The position numbers and the translations under genes are program-made. Source: Gammaproteobacteria bacterium (lineage in GTDB: Bacteria > Pseudomonadota > Gammaproteobacteria > CAKMZV01). Taken from it: DNA of 64,000 nt. The notes beneath the pieces were generated by a model, which did no database searches, was not told the DNA's origin, and was given only the letters and a program-made list of their open reading frames with translations. The stretch covers positions 1,209,641 through 1,273,640 of the forward strand of contig OZ255843.1 of the NCBI GenBank assembly GCA_965277775.1, written 5' to 3'. Numbering within the stretch: position 1 is the first letter of the stretch; every line of letters starts with the position of its first letter. Shown here one piece after another: positions 20,080 to 28,550 of the stretch.

Positions 20080-21251
20080 TTCTCATCAAAACCTTTAGGA
20101 ATGTCAATGGCGGGCAAAGATTCAGCGCGCTGTTGTAGGGCGCGGCCTATAACGAGCCTTTGAATCTCTGTCGTACCATCAACGATTTTTAACATTTGTG
20201 CCAAGCGACTGAGGCGATCCAATCCATAAGGTTTTAATAATCCCATCCCGCCGAGCACTTGGGTGCAGGTATTTGCCGCACGTAAGGCCGCGTCGGGCAC
20301 AAAACGTTTAGCGTGCGCCGCCAGAAGCGTTCCTTCATCGGTCCCCAAGGCGTTGGCGGCTTTTTGGTAGAGCAATTTAGACACCTCAAGATCAGTCGAT
20401 ACCTCACCCAACATCCATTGGATGCCGTCTAATTTTAAATTGGTTGAGCCGAACATTTTGCGGTCTTTGGCGTAGCGTAATGCGGTATCTAACGCCGATT
20501 GCATCAAACCACAACAGCCTGAGGCAATGGAAACGCGGGCAATATCAATGGCCATTAATGAACCGCTGAATCCATGACCGATGGGTAGGATGATATTTTC
20601 TGCCGGAACAACAACATCGTGCATCATCATTTCAGACATGGGTAAAAATTGATAAGAAGGCGTGTCGTACAAAGGACCAAATGACAATCCGGGGGTGTTG
20701 GCGGGTATGGCAATCATCATCATGTCTTTATAGCCGGGCACGTCGCTGGTCTTGGCCACGGTTAAATACACATCAGCTTCTGTGGCCAGAGAGACCCAGG
20801 CTTTGGCGCCGTTGATTGTGAAGGTCTTGTCGCCATTGTCTTTGGCAAAGGTTTGCATGGTTCGTGGGTCTGAACCCGCTTGAGGTTCGGTGAGCGCAAA
20901 GTTGGCCAATTTTTTGCCAGCAGTGAGATCTTTAGCCCAATGTTGCTTAAATGCCTCTGTGCCAAAACCACAGACCGCATAAGCACAAATATTGTGCATG
21001 GACAATGCAAAAGCATAAGCCCCATCACCCGCCCCTAAGGCTTCATATACAGGGATGCCGTCGCCAAGCGAAAGCCCTTGACCGCCTAATTCTTCAGGGC
21101 AATAGAGTCCAGTGAGACCGAGTTTGGCCGCCTGATCAGAGGCATCTCTTGGCCATTTGGCCGCCTTATTCCAAGCATCGACATTGGGTTTGATGACGGT
21201 TTCGCAATGCGAACGTGCGGCGTCTAAGATTGTGGTTTTTTTATCGCTCAT
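20076..21251 (-). CDS. acyl-CoA dehydrogenase (candidate MMPA-CoA dehydrogenase, DmdC-like)
   Basis: 391 aa; ACAD signatures (ALTEPQAGSDP; C-terminal QVLGGMG... catalytic region). Confidence 0.85.
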   Translation of the reverse strand: MSDKKTTILDAARSHCETVIKPNVDAWNKAAKWPRDASDQAAKLGLTGLYCPEELGGQGLSLGDGIPVYEALGAGDGAYAFALSMHNICAYAVCGFGTEAFKQHWAKDLTAGKKLANFALTEPQAGSDPRTMQTFAKDNGDKTFTINGAKAWVSLATEADVYLTVAKTSDVPGYKDMMMIAIPANTPGLSFGPLYDTPSYQFLPMSEMMMHDVVVPAENIILPIGHGFSGSLMAIDIARVSIASGCCGLMQSALDTALRYAKDRKMFGSTNLKLDGIQWMLGEVSTDLEVSKLLYQKAANALGTDEGTLLAAHAKRFVPDAALRAANTCTQVLGGMGLLKPYGLDRLSRLAQMLKIVDGTTEIQRLVIGRALQQRAESLPAIDIPKGFDEK

Positions 21252-21566
21252 AGTGTTTCCTTTAGAGTCGTTGCCCTTTGATTCATTGTTAACTGGAACG
21301 GCAACCTATATAGATCGCGATGTTGAATATAATTGGAGAATAATTAAAATATTCAAAACGAACGTTGTTTTAATATCACAGATATTAGTCCCTTAGGGCA
21401 GTCATTTTAAATGACATTGCAAGCAAGAATTAAAAAAATTTCATTGAATTTTTTTATGGTTGTTTTGATTTTTCCTTCAATTAAGAGCGCGGTGTTGAAT
21501 GGTCTGAGCCTGAGACAGCTCGAGACGAACGTCTACGGTGCCTATCAGAGGGCAAACCCTTTAATA

Positions 21567-21599
21567 TTGCTCGCAAGATTTTATGGAGATGGGTATAAT
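21567..21599 (+). promoter_or_regulatory. candidate sigma70 promoter for tRNA-Lys (-10 TATAAT at 21594-21599; weak -35)
   Basis: GGTATAAT 19 nt upstream of mature tRNA 5' end; TTGCTC at 21567-21572 at non-ideal 21-nt spacing. Confidence 0.3.
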
Positions 21600-21617
21600 A
21601 CGCGCGTGTTTGATTAT

Positions 21618-21693
21618 GGGTCGTTAGCTCAGTTGGTAGAGCACTGGACTTTTAATCCATTGGTCCCGCGTTCGAGCCGCGGACGACCCACCA
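21618..21693 (+). tRNA. tRNA-Lys (anticodon UUU)
   Basis: 76 nt cloverleaf GGGTCGT/ACGACCC acceptor, anticodon loop CTTTTAA, T-arm CCGCG-TTCGAGC-CGCGG, encoded CCA; near-identical to E. coli lysT apart from stem changes. Confidence 0.93.
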
Positions 21694-21701
21694 TCCTTTG
21701 A

Positions 21702-22763
21702 TCAAACGCGTCTTTTTTGGCGAACACCGAATGCGACCAATCGCCAATAAATACCCAAATACAGTAATACAAAGCCGAGCAATGCAATCAATAGCAAAGC
21801 GGTGCTTTCACGCAGCCATACGCCAACCAAGGCTGGAATGGCCGCCAACGCCCACAAAAAGGGCGAGACCATAGCGTTTTGCAAGTTTTTAGGCATGCTT
21901 GAGTGACGCCACATCGGCCTGACTACACGTTGATATATCAGCATGTGAAGGTGGACTCGATCGGGCAAACTGGGTGACATTTTGCGCAATACTTTTTTGC
22001 GATACATGGAAAAAAGCGTTTCAACAACGGGGTACGCCATGACTAAAAAACCAAGCCAGGGCGATATTTCATCGTGTCGAACGATCAATAATACGGCAAT
22101 TTCAGCCAACCAAAAACCCAGAAAATAAGCCCCGCCATCGCCACAAAATATTTTGCCCGTTGGACAATTGAAAAGCAATAAACCGAGAGAGGCGGCCGCC
22201 CCCATCACACAGAGCTGCAATAAAAGTACGTCGTTAAGGTGCCAAGCCAGACCGCCAAAGACCGAAATAGCCATGAGACAAAATCCCAACATCAAGCCAT
22301 TATAGCCATCAACAATATTCACAGAATGGGCGACACCGCCAACCGCAAAAACGGTAAATATCAGCGAAGCGATGGTGGATGCCATGAATAACTCATTAAA
22401 CCCGATGACGCCAACGCGCTGAAGTCCAGCATCGACCAGATAAAAAGCAATGGCGGCGGCAACAAAGGTTAGGATGAGGCGCCAAAAAGGATTGATCTTG
22501 CCCGTTAAATCTTCAGCAATGCCACCGATAAACGCCACAAACCCTGCCAGCCAAAGCAAGAGCGCTGGGGGCTCTGCAAATAAAAAACAGCCAACACCGA
22601 TGCTCAGAAAAATGGCAATGCCACCCGTTCTCGGCGTGGGCACAGTGTGGAATTTTTGCGCGCCTTTTAGCTGTGAATCTATGCCAAACTGCCATTTTTT
22701 AGACAGATAAAGCGTGCCTAACACAGTTAAAACAGAAACAACGAAAGTGGTGATAAACAGCAT
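21702..22763 (-). CDS. glycosyltransferase family 4 (WecA/MraY-like undecaprenyl-phosphate HexNAc-1-phosphate transferase)
   Basis: 353 aa polytopic membrane protein with GT4/MraY-like motifs (NSVNIVDGYNGL; CGDGGAYFLGFW). Confidence 0.8.
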   Translation of the reverse strand: MLFITTFVVSVLTVLGTLYLSKKWQFGIDSQLKGAQKFHTVPTPRTGGIAIFLSIGVGCFLFAEPPALLLWLAGFVAFIGGIAEDLTGKINPFWRLILTFVAAAIAFYLVDAGLQRVGVIGFNELFMASTIASLIFTVFAVGGVAHSVNIVDGYNGLMLGFCLMAISVFGGLAWHLNDVLLLQLCVMGAAASLGLLLFNCPTGKIFCGDGGAYFLGFWLAEIAVLLIVRHDEISPWLGFLVMAYPVVETLFSMYRKKVLRKMSPSLPDRVHLHMLIYQRVVRPMWRHSSMPKNLQNAMVSPFLWALAAIPALVGVWLRESTALLLIALLGFVLLYLGIYWRLVAFGVRQKRRV

Positions 22764-22767
22764 CAGC

Positions 22768-23865
22768 TTAGGATTTTAGTTCTGACAGGACATCGGCCAC
22801 TTCAATGCGTTGCATACAAGCTAAATCGCCGCGCGCACAAGTGCTTGGCACAATGCCCAAGTAGGTTTTAATACAGGGTCGGCATTCTAAAGGGACTTCG
22901 ATTGAAACGCTTTGACCATCGGTTGAACCCCATTTTTCGCTGGAAGTCGGTCCAAATAGACTGAGGCATTTGAGACCTTGTGCTTGTGCAACGTGCAGCA
23001 ATCCACCATCGTTACTGATAAACAGTTTGGCTTTGTGGGCAAAAAACCAAGACCATGCAAATAATGACAACTTTTCAATCCAAATCATCGACGGCCCCGT
23101 TTTAAATTGACCGACCAAATTCAACTCGTCCTTGCCACCGGCAATAATGATGGTTTCGCCACGGGCGGACAAAGCCTCGATGAGCTCAATGTATTTGCTG
23201 ACATCCCAACGCCGAATAGCCGCATTCAGGCTGGAGCCTGGGTAAATAACAATGGCATCATTCACAGGCGCCATGAGCGCAATTTCTGCTTGTGTAAGAT
23301 GACTTTGTTGAGCCAATTCGGGCATCAATAACCAGGTTTTAGACGCTGGTGGGCTCAAGTCCAAACTCATTTGTATGAGCTGCAGAAACTGTTGTTTTTC
23401 ATTGGCTTGGGCATCGTATTCTAAGCTTCTGTCAAAATATTGGCCTTTTATGGAGGAATGAAAGCCGCAAGCAAAGCCTTTTAAAGCCAGCCATTCTGAA
23501 AGATGGTAGTACTGGTCAAAGTCAATGATCAAATCGTATTGTTGCCACGATGTGTTTTGGATGAATCGAATCAATGCCCATGGTCGCGTTGGCATAATCA
23601 GCTGCTTATCGACAAAAGTCAATGACTTGAACAAATCCGGTAGTGTACGCGTGGTAGTCAGCCAATGGATCTCAACATCAGGTCTATGATGCTTTAAGTA
23701 GCGAAGGCTGGGCATCAAACAAAACGCATCACCCATCGCCGCTAATTTTATAACTAAAATGCGTTTTACCGATTTTGGATAAGGGGTCGAACGTTTTTTG
23801 GCAAACAAACGCAACCAATGCCCCATGGCTTTATCAAACACCTTCATGATGGCCAGCTTATTCAT
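22768..23865 (-). CDS. glycosyltransferase family 9 (ADP-heptose:LPS heptosyltransferase-like)
   Basis: 365 aa; GT9 architecture (ILVIKLAAMGDAF N-terminal motif; C-terminal NDGGLLHVAQAQG). Confidence 0.8.
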   Translation of the reverse strand: MNKLAIMKVFDKAMGHWLRLFAKKRSTPYPKSVKRILVIKLAAMGDAFCLMPSLRYLKHHRPDVEIHWLTTTRTLPDLFKSLTFVDKQLIMPTRPWALIRFIQNTSWQQYDLIIDFDQYYHLSEWLALKGFACGFHSSIKGQYFDRSLEYDAQANEKQQFLQLIQMSLDLSPPASKTWLLMPELAQQSHLTQAEIALMAPVNDAIVIYPGSSLNAAIRRWDVSKYIELIEALSARGETIIIAGGKDELNLVGQFKTGPSMIWIEKLSLFAWSWFFAHKAKLFISNDGGLLHVAQAQGLKCLSLFGPTSSEKWGSTDGQSVSIEVPLECRPCIKTYLGIVPSTCARGDLACMQRIEVADVLSELKS

Positions 23866-24209
23866 CGTCTAATACAAACCTCTACAGTATTGGGTGAACC
23901 AGCAATGACCACAGCTTTTTTAACGCGAACTTGAACGGATATTACCGCGTAGCGTTGTTTGATAAACTGCGCCACCTGTTCGGCCAGTGATTCGATGAGC
24001 TCGATTTTCTGATGGGCAAAGCTTTGGCAAAGCGATTGCGTCAGGTCATCGTAATCCACAACAGGCTCTTGTTCAACCATTAAGTTTTCTATACTTATGG
24101 AAAGATCGAGTTCAACGGTTTGGGCGTGTTGTTTTTCCCAGTCTAAAACCCCAATAAACAAAGGTATTTTAATGCCGTAAAGATTGACTTCATTGTGTCT
24201 TAAGTCCAT
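23862..24209 (-). CDS. folB: dihydroneopterin aldolase
   Basis: 115 aa; FolB pattern IGVLDWEKQHAQTVELDLSI ... VISVQVRVKK. Confidence 0.75.
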   Translation of the reverse strand: MDLRHNEVNLYGIKIPLFIGVLDWEKQHAQTVELDLSISIENLMVEQEPVVDYDDLTQSLCQSFAHQKIELIESLAEQVAQFIKQRYAVISVQVRVKKAVVIAGSPNTVEVCIRR

Positions 24210-24655
24210 TCTTTTACCTTAAAATCTTTGTCGCGTTGCTCTACCCAGCGCGTGCCATTATCAGTCTGTTCTTTTTTCCAAAAAGGAGATCGCGTTTTTA
24301 AATAATCCATGATGTAAGCTGTGGCGCTGATGGCATCCTCTCTGTGTTCAGAACAGGTGGCGACCAGAACAATCTGATCGCTTGGTTTGAAGTGTCCCAC
24401 TCGGTGAATGATCACCACATTTTGTAAGGACCACCGCGCTCTTGCTTGGTTTTCTATATCTAACAAGGTTTTTTCAGTCATGCCAGGATAATGTTCCAAC
24501 CACATCCCGCTCACCTTATCCCCCAGATTTAGGTCTCGCATAACACCGATAAACAGCGACACTGCGCCAACACTGGTGGCTGAATTGCGCAGTAATTGCA
24601 AACATTCATTGACATCAAAATCGGCGGATTGAACACTAATCACGAACCACCTCAT
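24200..24655 (-). CDS. moaE: molybdopterin synthase catalytic subunit MoaE
   Basis: 151 aa; very close to E. coli MoaE (LEHYPGMTEK..., IIHRVG..., YIMDYLKTRSPFWKKE). Confidence 0.85.
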   Translation of the reverse strand: MRWFVISVQSADFDVNECLQLLRNSATSVGAVSLFIGVMRDLNLGDKVSGMWLEHYPGMTEKTLLDIENQARARWSLQNVVIIHRVGHFKPSDQIVLVATCSEHREDAISATAYIMDYLKTRSPFWKKEQTDNGTRWVEQRDKDFKVKEWT

Positions 24656-25670
24656 CCAACATCACGGTCAATTTATCGGGATGAATTTGGGGGGTAATGC
24701 CATGACCCAAATTAAAGATATGGCCGCCCGAATTTTGGAAGGGCGCCTTTATGCGTTGCACCTCAGAACGAATATTTTGATCTGTACCGCATAAGACCAT
24801 GGGGTCCAAGTTGCCTTGCAAAACCACTTTATGGCCCACCCGTTGCTTGGCTTTGCCCATATCAATGCTCCAATCCAAACCCAAACAATCTGCACCAGAA
24901 TCGGCCATCGCTTCCAACCAATTGCCCCCGCCCTTGGTAAAAATAATGATGGGAACGCGCTTGTGACTGAGCTTTATTTGATCAATGATTTTGGCCATGT
25001 AGTGTAAAGAGAAATCGTTGTATGCTTGTTCGCTGAGTAATCCCCCCCAGGTATCAAATATTTGTACAACTTCAACGCCCGCCTCAATCTGCCGTTGCAA
25101 ATACTCTGTCACCACCTCAGTCAACAGGTCCAACAAATAATGGGCGGTTTTTGGATCCTGATAAATCATCGATTTCAGCGTTGCGAAATCGCGGCTACTG
25201 CGACCTTCAACCATGTAGCATGCCAGCGTCCATGGGCTGCCGCTGAAACCTATGAGCGGTACGGCGTCATCTAAGGCCTCGTGTATGGTTTTTACGGCTT
25301 CGTAAACGTAATTCAAGCTGTTTTTAGGTGGTTTTTGCAATGCTCGTACAGACGCGCTATCACGCACTGGATTCGCCAAAATGGGGCCTTGTTCTTGAGC
25401 AAAGCTGAGCGTCAAGCCCATGGCATCGGGGAGGGTTAAAATGTCAGAAAATAAGATGGCCGCATCCAACTGGGGGTAACGACGCAAGGGCTGTAATGTC
25501 ACTTCACACGCCAAATCTGCGCGCCGACACAGATCCATAAATCCCCCAGCCTGTTGGCGTGTCTGGCGATATTCAGGCAGGTACCGACCCGCTTGGCGCA
25601 TCACCCATACGGGTGTGCGATCTGTGGGTTGGCCTGTTAAAGTCTGGATAAGACGGTTATTTTTGAGCAT
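24636..25670 (-). CDS. hemE: uroporphyrinogen decarboxylase
   Basis: 344 aa; PVWVMRQAGRYLPEY signature. Confidence 0.93.
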   Translation of the reverse strand: MLKNNRLIQTLTGQPTDRTPVWVMRQAGRYLPEYRQTRQQAGGFMDLCRRADLACEVTLQPLRRYPQLDAAILFSDILTLPDAMGLTLSFAQEQGPILANPVRDSASVRALQKPPKNSLNYVYEAVKTIHEALDDAVPLIGFSGSPWTLACYMVEGRSSRDFATLKSMIYQDPKTAHYLLDLLTEVVTEYLQRQIEAGVEVVQIFDTWGGLLSEQAYNDFSLHYMAKIIDQIKLSHKRVPIIIFTKGGGNWLEAMADSGADCLGLDWSIDMGKAKQRVGHKVVLQGNLDPMVLCGTDQNIRSEVQRIKAPFQNSGGHIFNLGHGITPQIHPDKLTVMLDEVVRD

Positions 25671-25703
25671 GTTTCACGTGCAACCAAAGGGGGTGAATGG
25701 TCG

Positions 25704-26486
25704 CTATATTATCACTTGAATATGGGCCGGATGGTGGAGAATTAAGGTCGCTATGCCCTTGCGCCAATAGACATAACCACTGACAATGACTTGTCGTTTG
25801 ACCAAATTTTTAAACATAGAGAGTTCAAATGATTTCAGGTCTTGTTTGCTGATACGAATGCGAAAGTCTCCCTGACCCTCTAACCAGACAGACTTGTTGG
25901 TTTGACGAAGCTTGGTGATGGTGGTTTTGATTCGGATGAATCCCCCTTTAAAGGTCTTCTGTTTTAGGGTCTTAGCAGCGACTGGGACATAATGTTTATG
26001 GCGCCAAATGCCTTTTTTGGATTTCTGGGCGACGTTTCGCGCCAATTTATAACATTCGATTTTTGAAATATTGGGTGGGACGGTCAGTAAGAATGCCATC
26101 CCCGAACGGAGCATCTGCGCATTGATGTTGTTGTTTTTGTGGTAAACATGGGCCAATAAGCGCCTGTATCGGTCTTGTGGGTCTGCGCCCAACTGATATT
26201 GAACGATGGTTTTGGGGGGGAGCAACTGAGATAGATGCTTCTTGCTTGTTTTTGCCAACGGCTGGTCTTTGGTCCGCTTTTTTTTGTTGCCCACTTCAGG
26301 GGCATTGATGCCAATGAGACGAAGGTGTTTGTTGCCATCGAGAATCACCGTATCGCCATCGAGGACTTTTTTAACTTGCCCTGAATAAAGTTTGCCATCA
26401 GGTACACAGAGTGGATTTGCTAAGACAGAAGTTGAAGCGCTTAAAAAAACAAAGCCATACAGGAAGCGCCGTATGGCTTTAATCAT
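25704..26486 (-). CDS. secreted staphylococcal-nuclease-like (SNase) protein with basic C-terminal extension (start placed at signal-peptide Met)
   Basis: Signal peptide MIKAIRRFLYGFVFLSASTSVLA; SNase core GDTVILDGNKHLRLIGINAPE...; ~130 aa Lys/Arg-rich C-terminal extension; ORF-track start would overlap rpmE2. Confidence 0.75.
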   Translation of the reverse strand: MIKAIRRFLYGFVFLSASTSVLANPLCVPDGKLYSGQVKKVLDGDTVILDGNKHLRLIGINAPEVGNKKKRTKDQPLAKTSKKHLSQLLPPKTIVQYQLGADPQDRYRRLLAHVYHKNNNINAQMLRSGMAFLLTVPPNISKIECYKLARNVAQKSKKGIWRHKHYVPVAAKTLKQKTFKGGFIRIKTTITKLRQTNKSVWLEGQGDFRIRISKQDLKSFELSMFKNLVKRQVIVSGYVYWRKGIATLILHHPAHIQVII

Positions 26487-26523
26487 TGATTTGTACAAGG
26501 GAGTATTTAGATAATGCGTCGCT

Positions 26524-26766
26524 TTACTCCAAACCGTATTTTTCGAGAAACTTCTCAACACGACCTTGAGTTTTAATCAGATTCTGTTTGCCTGTGTAAA
26601 AAGTGTGCGATGAAGAACTCACCTCAACACGAATTAAGGGGTAAGTTTTCCCTTCTAAATCAATGGTTTGATCGGATGCGACGGTTGAACGAGTGATATA
26701 GCTTTCTCCCGTAGAAATGTCTTGAAACACCACATCATGGTAATCAGGGTGAATGTCCTTTTTCAT
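26524..26766 (-). CDS. rpmE2: 50S ribosomal protein L31 type B (zinc-independent, Cys-less paralogue)
   Basis: [14 protein letters not shown]...[16 protein letters not shown] matches L31 family but lacks the CxxC zinc ribbon; GGAG RBS 8 nt upstream of ATG at 26766. Confidence 0.8.
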   Translation of the reverse strand: MKKDIHPDYHDVVFQDISTGESYITRSTVASDQTIDLEGKTYPLIRVEVSSSSHTFYTGKQNLIKTQGRVEKFLEKYGLE

Positions 26767-26979
26767 GTTTAACTCCAAACGTATTTTTATGAACGGCGGT
26801 GGGCTGGCCCAACCAAATCGCTTACTCATGCTCAAGGCTCTAAATAAACGGGTGCGCATTATAACGCAACCCACTCAATTGACAGCGATTTATTGCACAT
26901 TTTGGCGTAAAAGCAATTATAGGACAATGCGCAATGAATGGCGCGCTTTGTGCGCATCATCTGCGCTAAATTTTATCTT

Positions 26980-28473
26980 TTATTGACGATCCAAACTGCG
27001 CAAGGCAATGGCCTGTGCAATCATTTGTTGGTTTATGGGCTGACCCTGCCAATCTGAAAGGGTAATCAGCAATCGTAAAATACGATGAAAAGCACGGCCC
27101 GATAGATTCAGTGTGCGAATGGATTGGCGTAAGAATGCCTGGCAGTCCTCGTCCATCACCGTCAAGGCTTCAATCGCATTGGTACCCAGTTGGGCATTTA
27201 GCATACCTTGGCGCTGATACTGGCGTTGCCGACATTCAAACACTTTTTCACGCCAGTATTCACTGGATTTTTCAGCAGGGTCGATTGGGTCCATCAATTT
27301 TTCAGGATCAATGGGGAAGACATTGATGTGCAAGTCAATGCGGTCTAATAATGGACCCGATAACTTGCTTCTATAGCGGGCGATGCTGTCTGGTGAACAA
27401 CGGCACTGGCTTGATCCCATAAAGCCACAATTACAAGGGTTCATGGCACAAATCAGCTGAAATTGCGCTGGATAAATGGCTTTTGCTTCGGCCCGTGTAA
27501 TGTGCACCTCTCCCGTCTCCAAAGGTTCTCTCAGTCCTTCCAATGCGGCGCGTGTAAACTCGAGAAATTCATCTAAAAAAAGCAATCCATTATGCGCCAG
27601 CGACACTTCACCTGGTTTGGCCTTGCCACCGCCACCAATGATGGCTACCGCAGAACTTGTATGATGTGGACTGCGAAAGGGCGGGCGACACCAATGGGGG
27701 TTGGGCAATCCAGCAATTGAATAAATGGTCGCCGTTTGCAGCATTTGCTCGCGAGATAGATTAGGCAATATGCCTTGAAAAGCCTGAGCCAACATGCTTT
27801 TTCCACAACCTGGTGGACCAATCATTAAAGCAGAATGTCCCCCAGCGGCTGCCAGCAATAAACTTTGTTTGACTGCCTTTTGCTCGCGTACCTCATGCCA
27901 ATTTAAAGGCATGGGCGGGGGCTTTTGAGTTTTGATTTTGGGCGGGTTTGTCAAGGCTGTACGCTCGGTTAGAAAATCAATGACCTGCTTGAGGCTGTCA
28001 GCCAATAGAATATTGTCGTCGTCAACAAGGGCGGCATCATCCGCATTCTCGGTGGGAATGATACGGATTTTATCCCGACTGGAAGGGGCTAAAAGCGCTG
28101 GCAATAACCCTCTGATGCCACGTAAATGACCCGCTAAGGTCAGTTCACCATAAAACTCAATATCAGTCGCTTGCTTGAGTGGCACTTGACCACTAACCAA
28201 TAGCAAACCCACCGCAATCGCCAGATCATAGCCGCTGCCAGCCTTACTGATGTCTGCTGGAGAAAGATTGACCACCAACCGCCCCCAAGGAAACTCAAAA
28301 CCACTGTTGGTAATGGCGCTGTTGACGCGGTCTCGGCTTTCCTTGACTGCTGTTTCCGCCATACCGACCAGGTGAAAAGCAGGGATGCCCGTGCTCGAAT
28401 GCACTTCGATTTGGACCAAAGCGGCTTGAATGGAGGAAATGATTCGCGTGTGGGTAATGGCCAGCATGCGCAC
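26980..28473 (-). CDS. comM: YifB/ComM family Mg-chelatase-like AAA+ ATPase
   Basis: 497 aa; N-terminal Lon-protease-like domain, Walker A GPPGCGKS, C-terminal ChlI-like domain. Confidence 0.88.
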   Translation of the reverse strand: MRMLAITHTRIISSIQAALVQIEVHSSTGIPAFHLVGMAETAVKESRDRVNSAITNSGFEFPWGRLVVNLSPADISKAGSGYDLAIAVGLLLVSGQVPLKQATDIEFYGELTLAGHLRGIRGLLPALLAPSSRDKIRIIPTENADDAALVDDDNILLADSLKQVIDFLTERTALTNPPKIKTQKPPPMPLNWHEVREQKAVKQSLLLAAAGGHSALMIGPPGCGKSMLAQAFQGILPNLSREQMLQTATIYSIAGLPNPHWCRPPFRSPHHTSSAVAIIGGGGKAKPGEVSLAHNGLLFLDEFLEFTRAALEGLREPLETGEVHITRAEAKAIYPAQFQLICAMNPCNCGFMGSSQCRCSPDSIARYRSKLSGPLLDRIDLHINVFPIDPEKLMDPIDPAEKSSEYWREKVFECRQRQYQRQGMLNAQLGTNAIEALTVMDEDCQAFLRQSIRTLNLSGRAFHRILRLLITLSDWQGQPINQQMIAQAIALRSLDRQ

Positions 28474-28550
28474 ATATTAGTCCATGCAAAAGGGACAGCA
28501 CGGCCTAATTTTTGGGAACCCGACCGATTCGTATCAATGCTGCAAAGTCA

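Noticed and set aside
21411-21701. 96-aa plus-strand ORF ending ...LAQLVEHWTFNPLVPRSSRGRPTIL
   Set aside because: It reads straight through the tRNA-Lys gene (21618-21693) and its promoter; spurious.
21618-26800. Possible genomic island integrated at tRNA-Lys
   Set aside because: There is no integrase, no duplicated tRNA 3' fragment, and the downstream genes (LPS glycosyltransferases, folB, moaE, hemE) are core housekeeping with normal composition.
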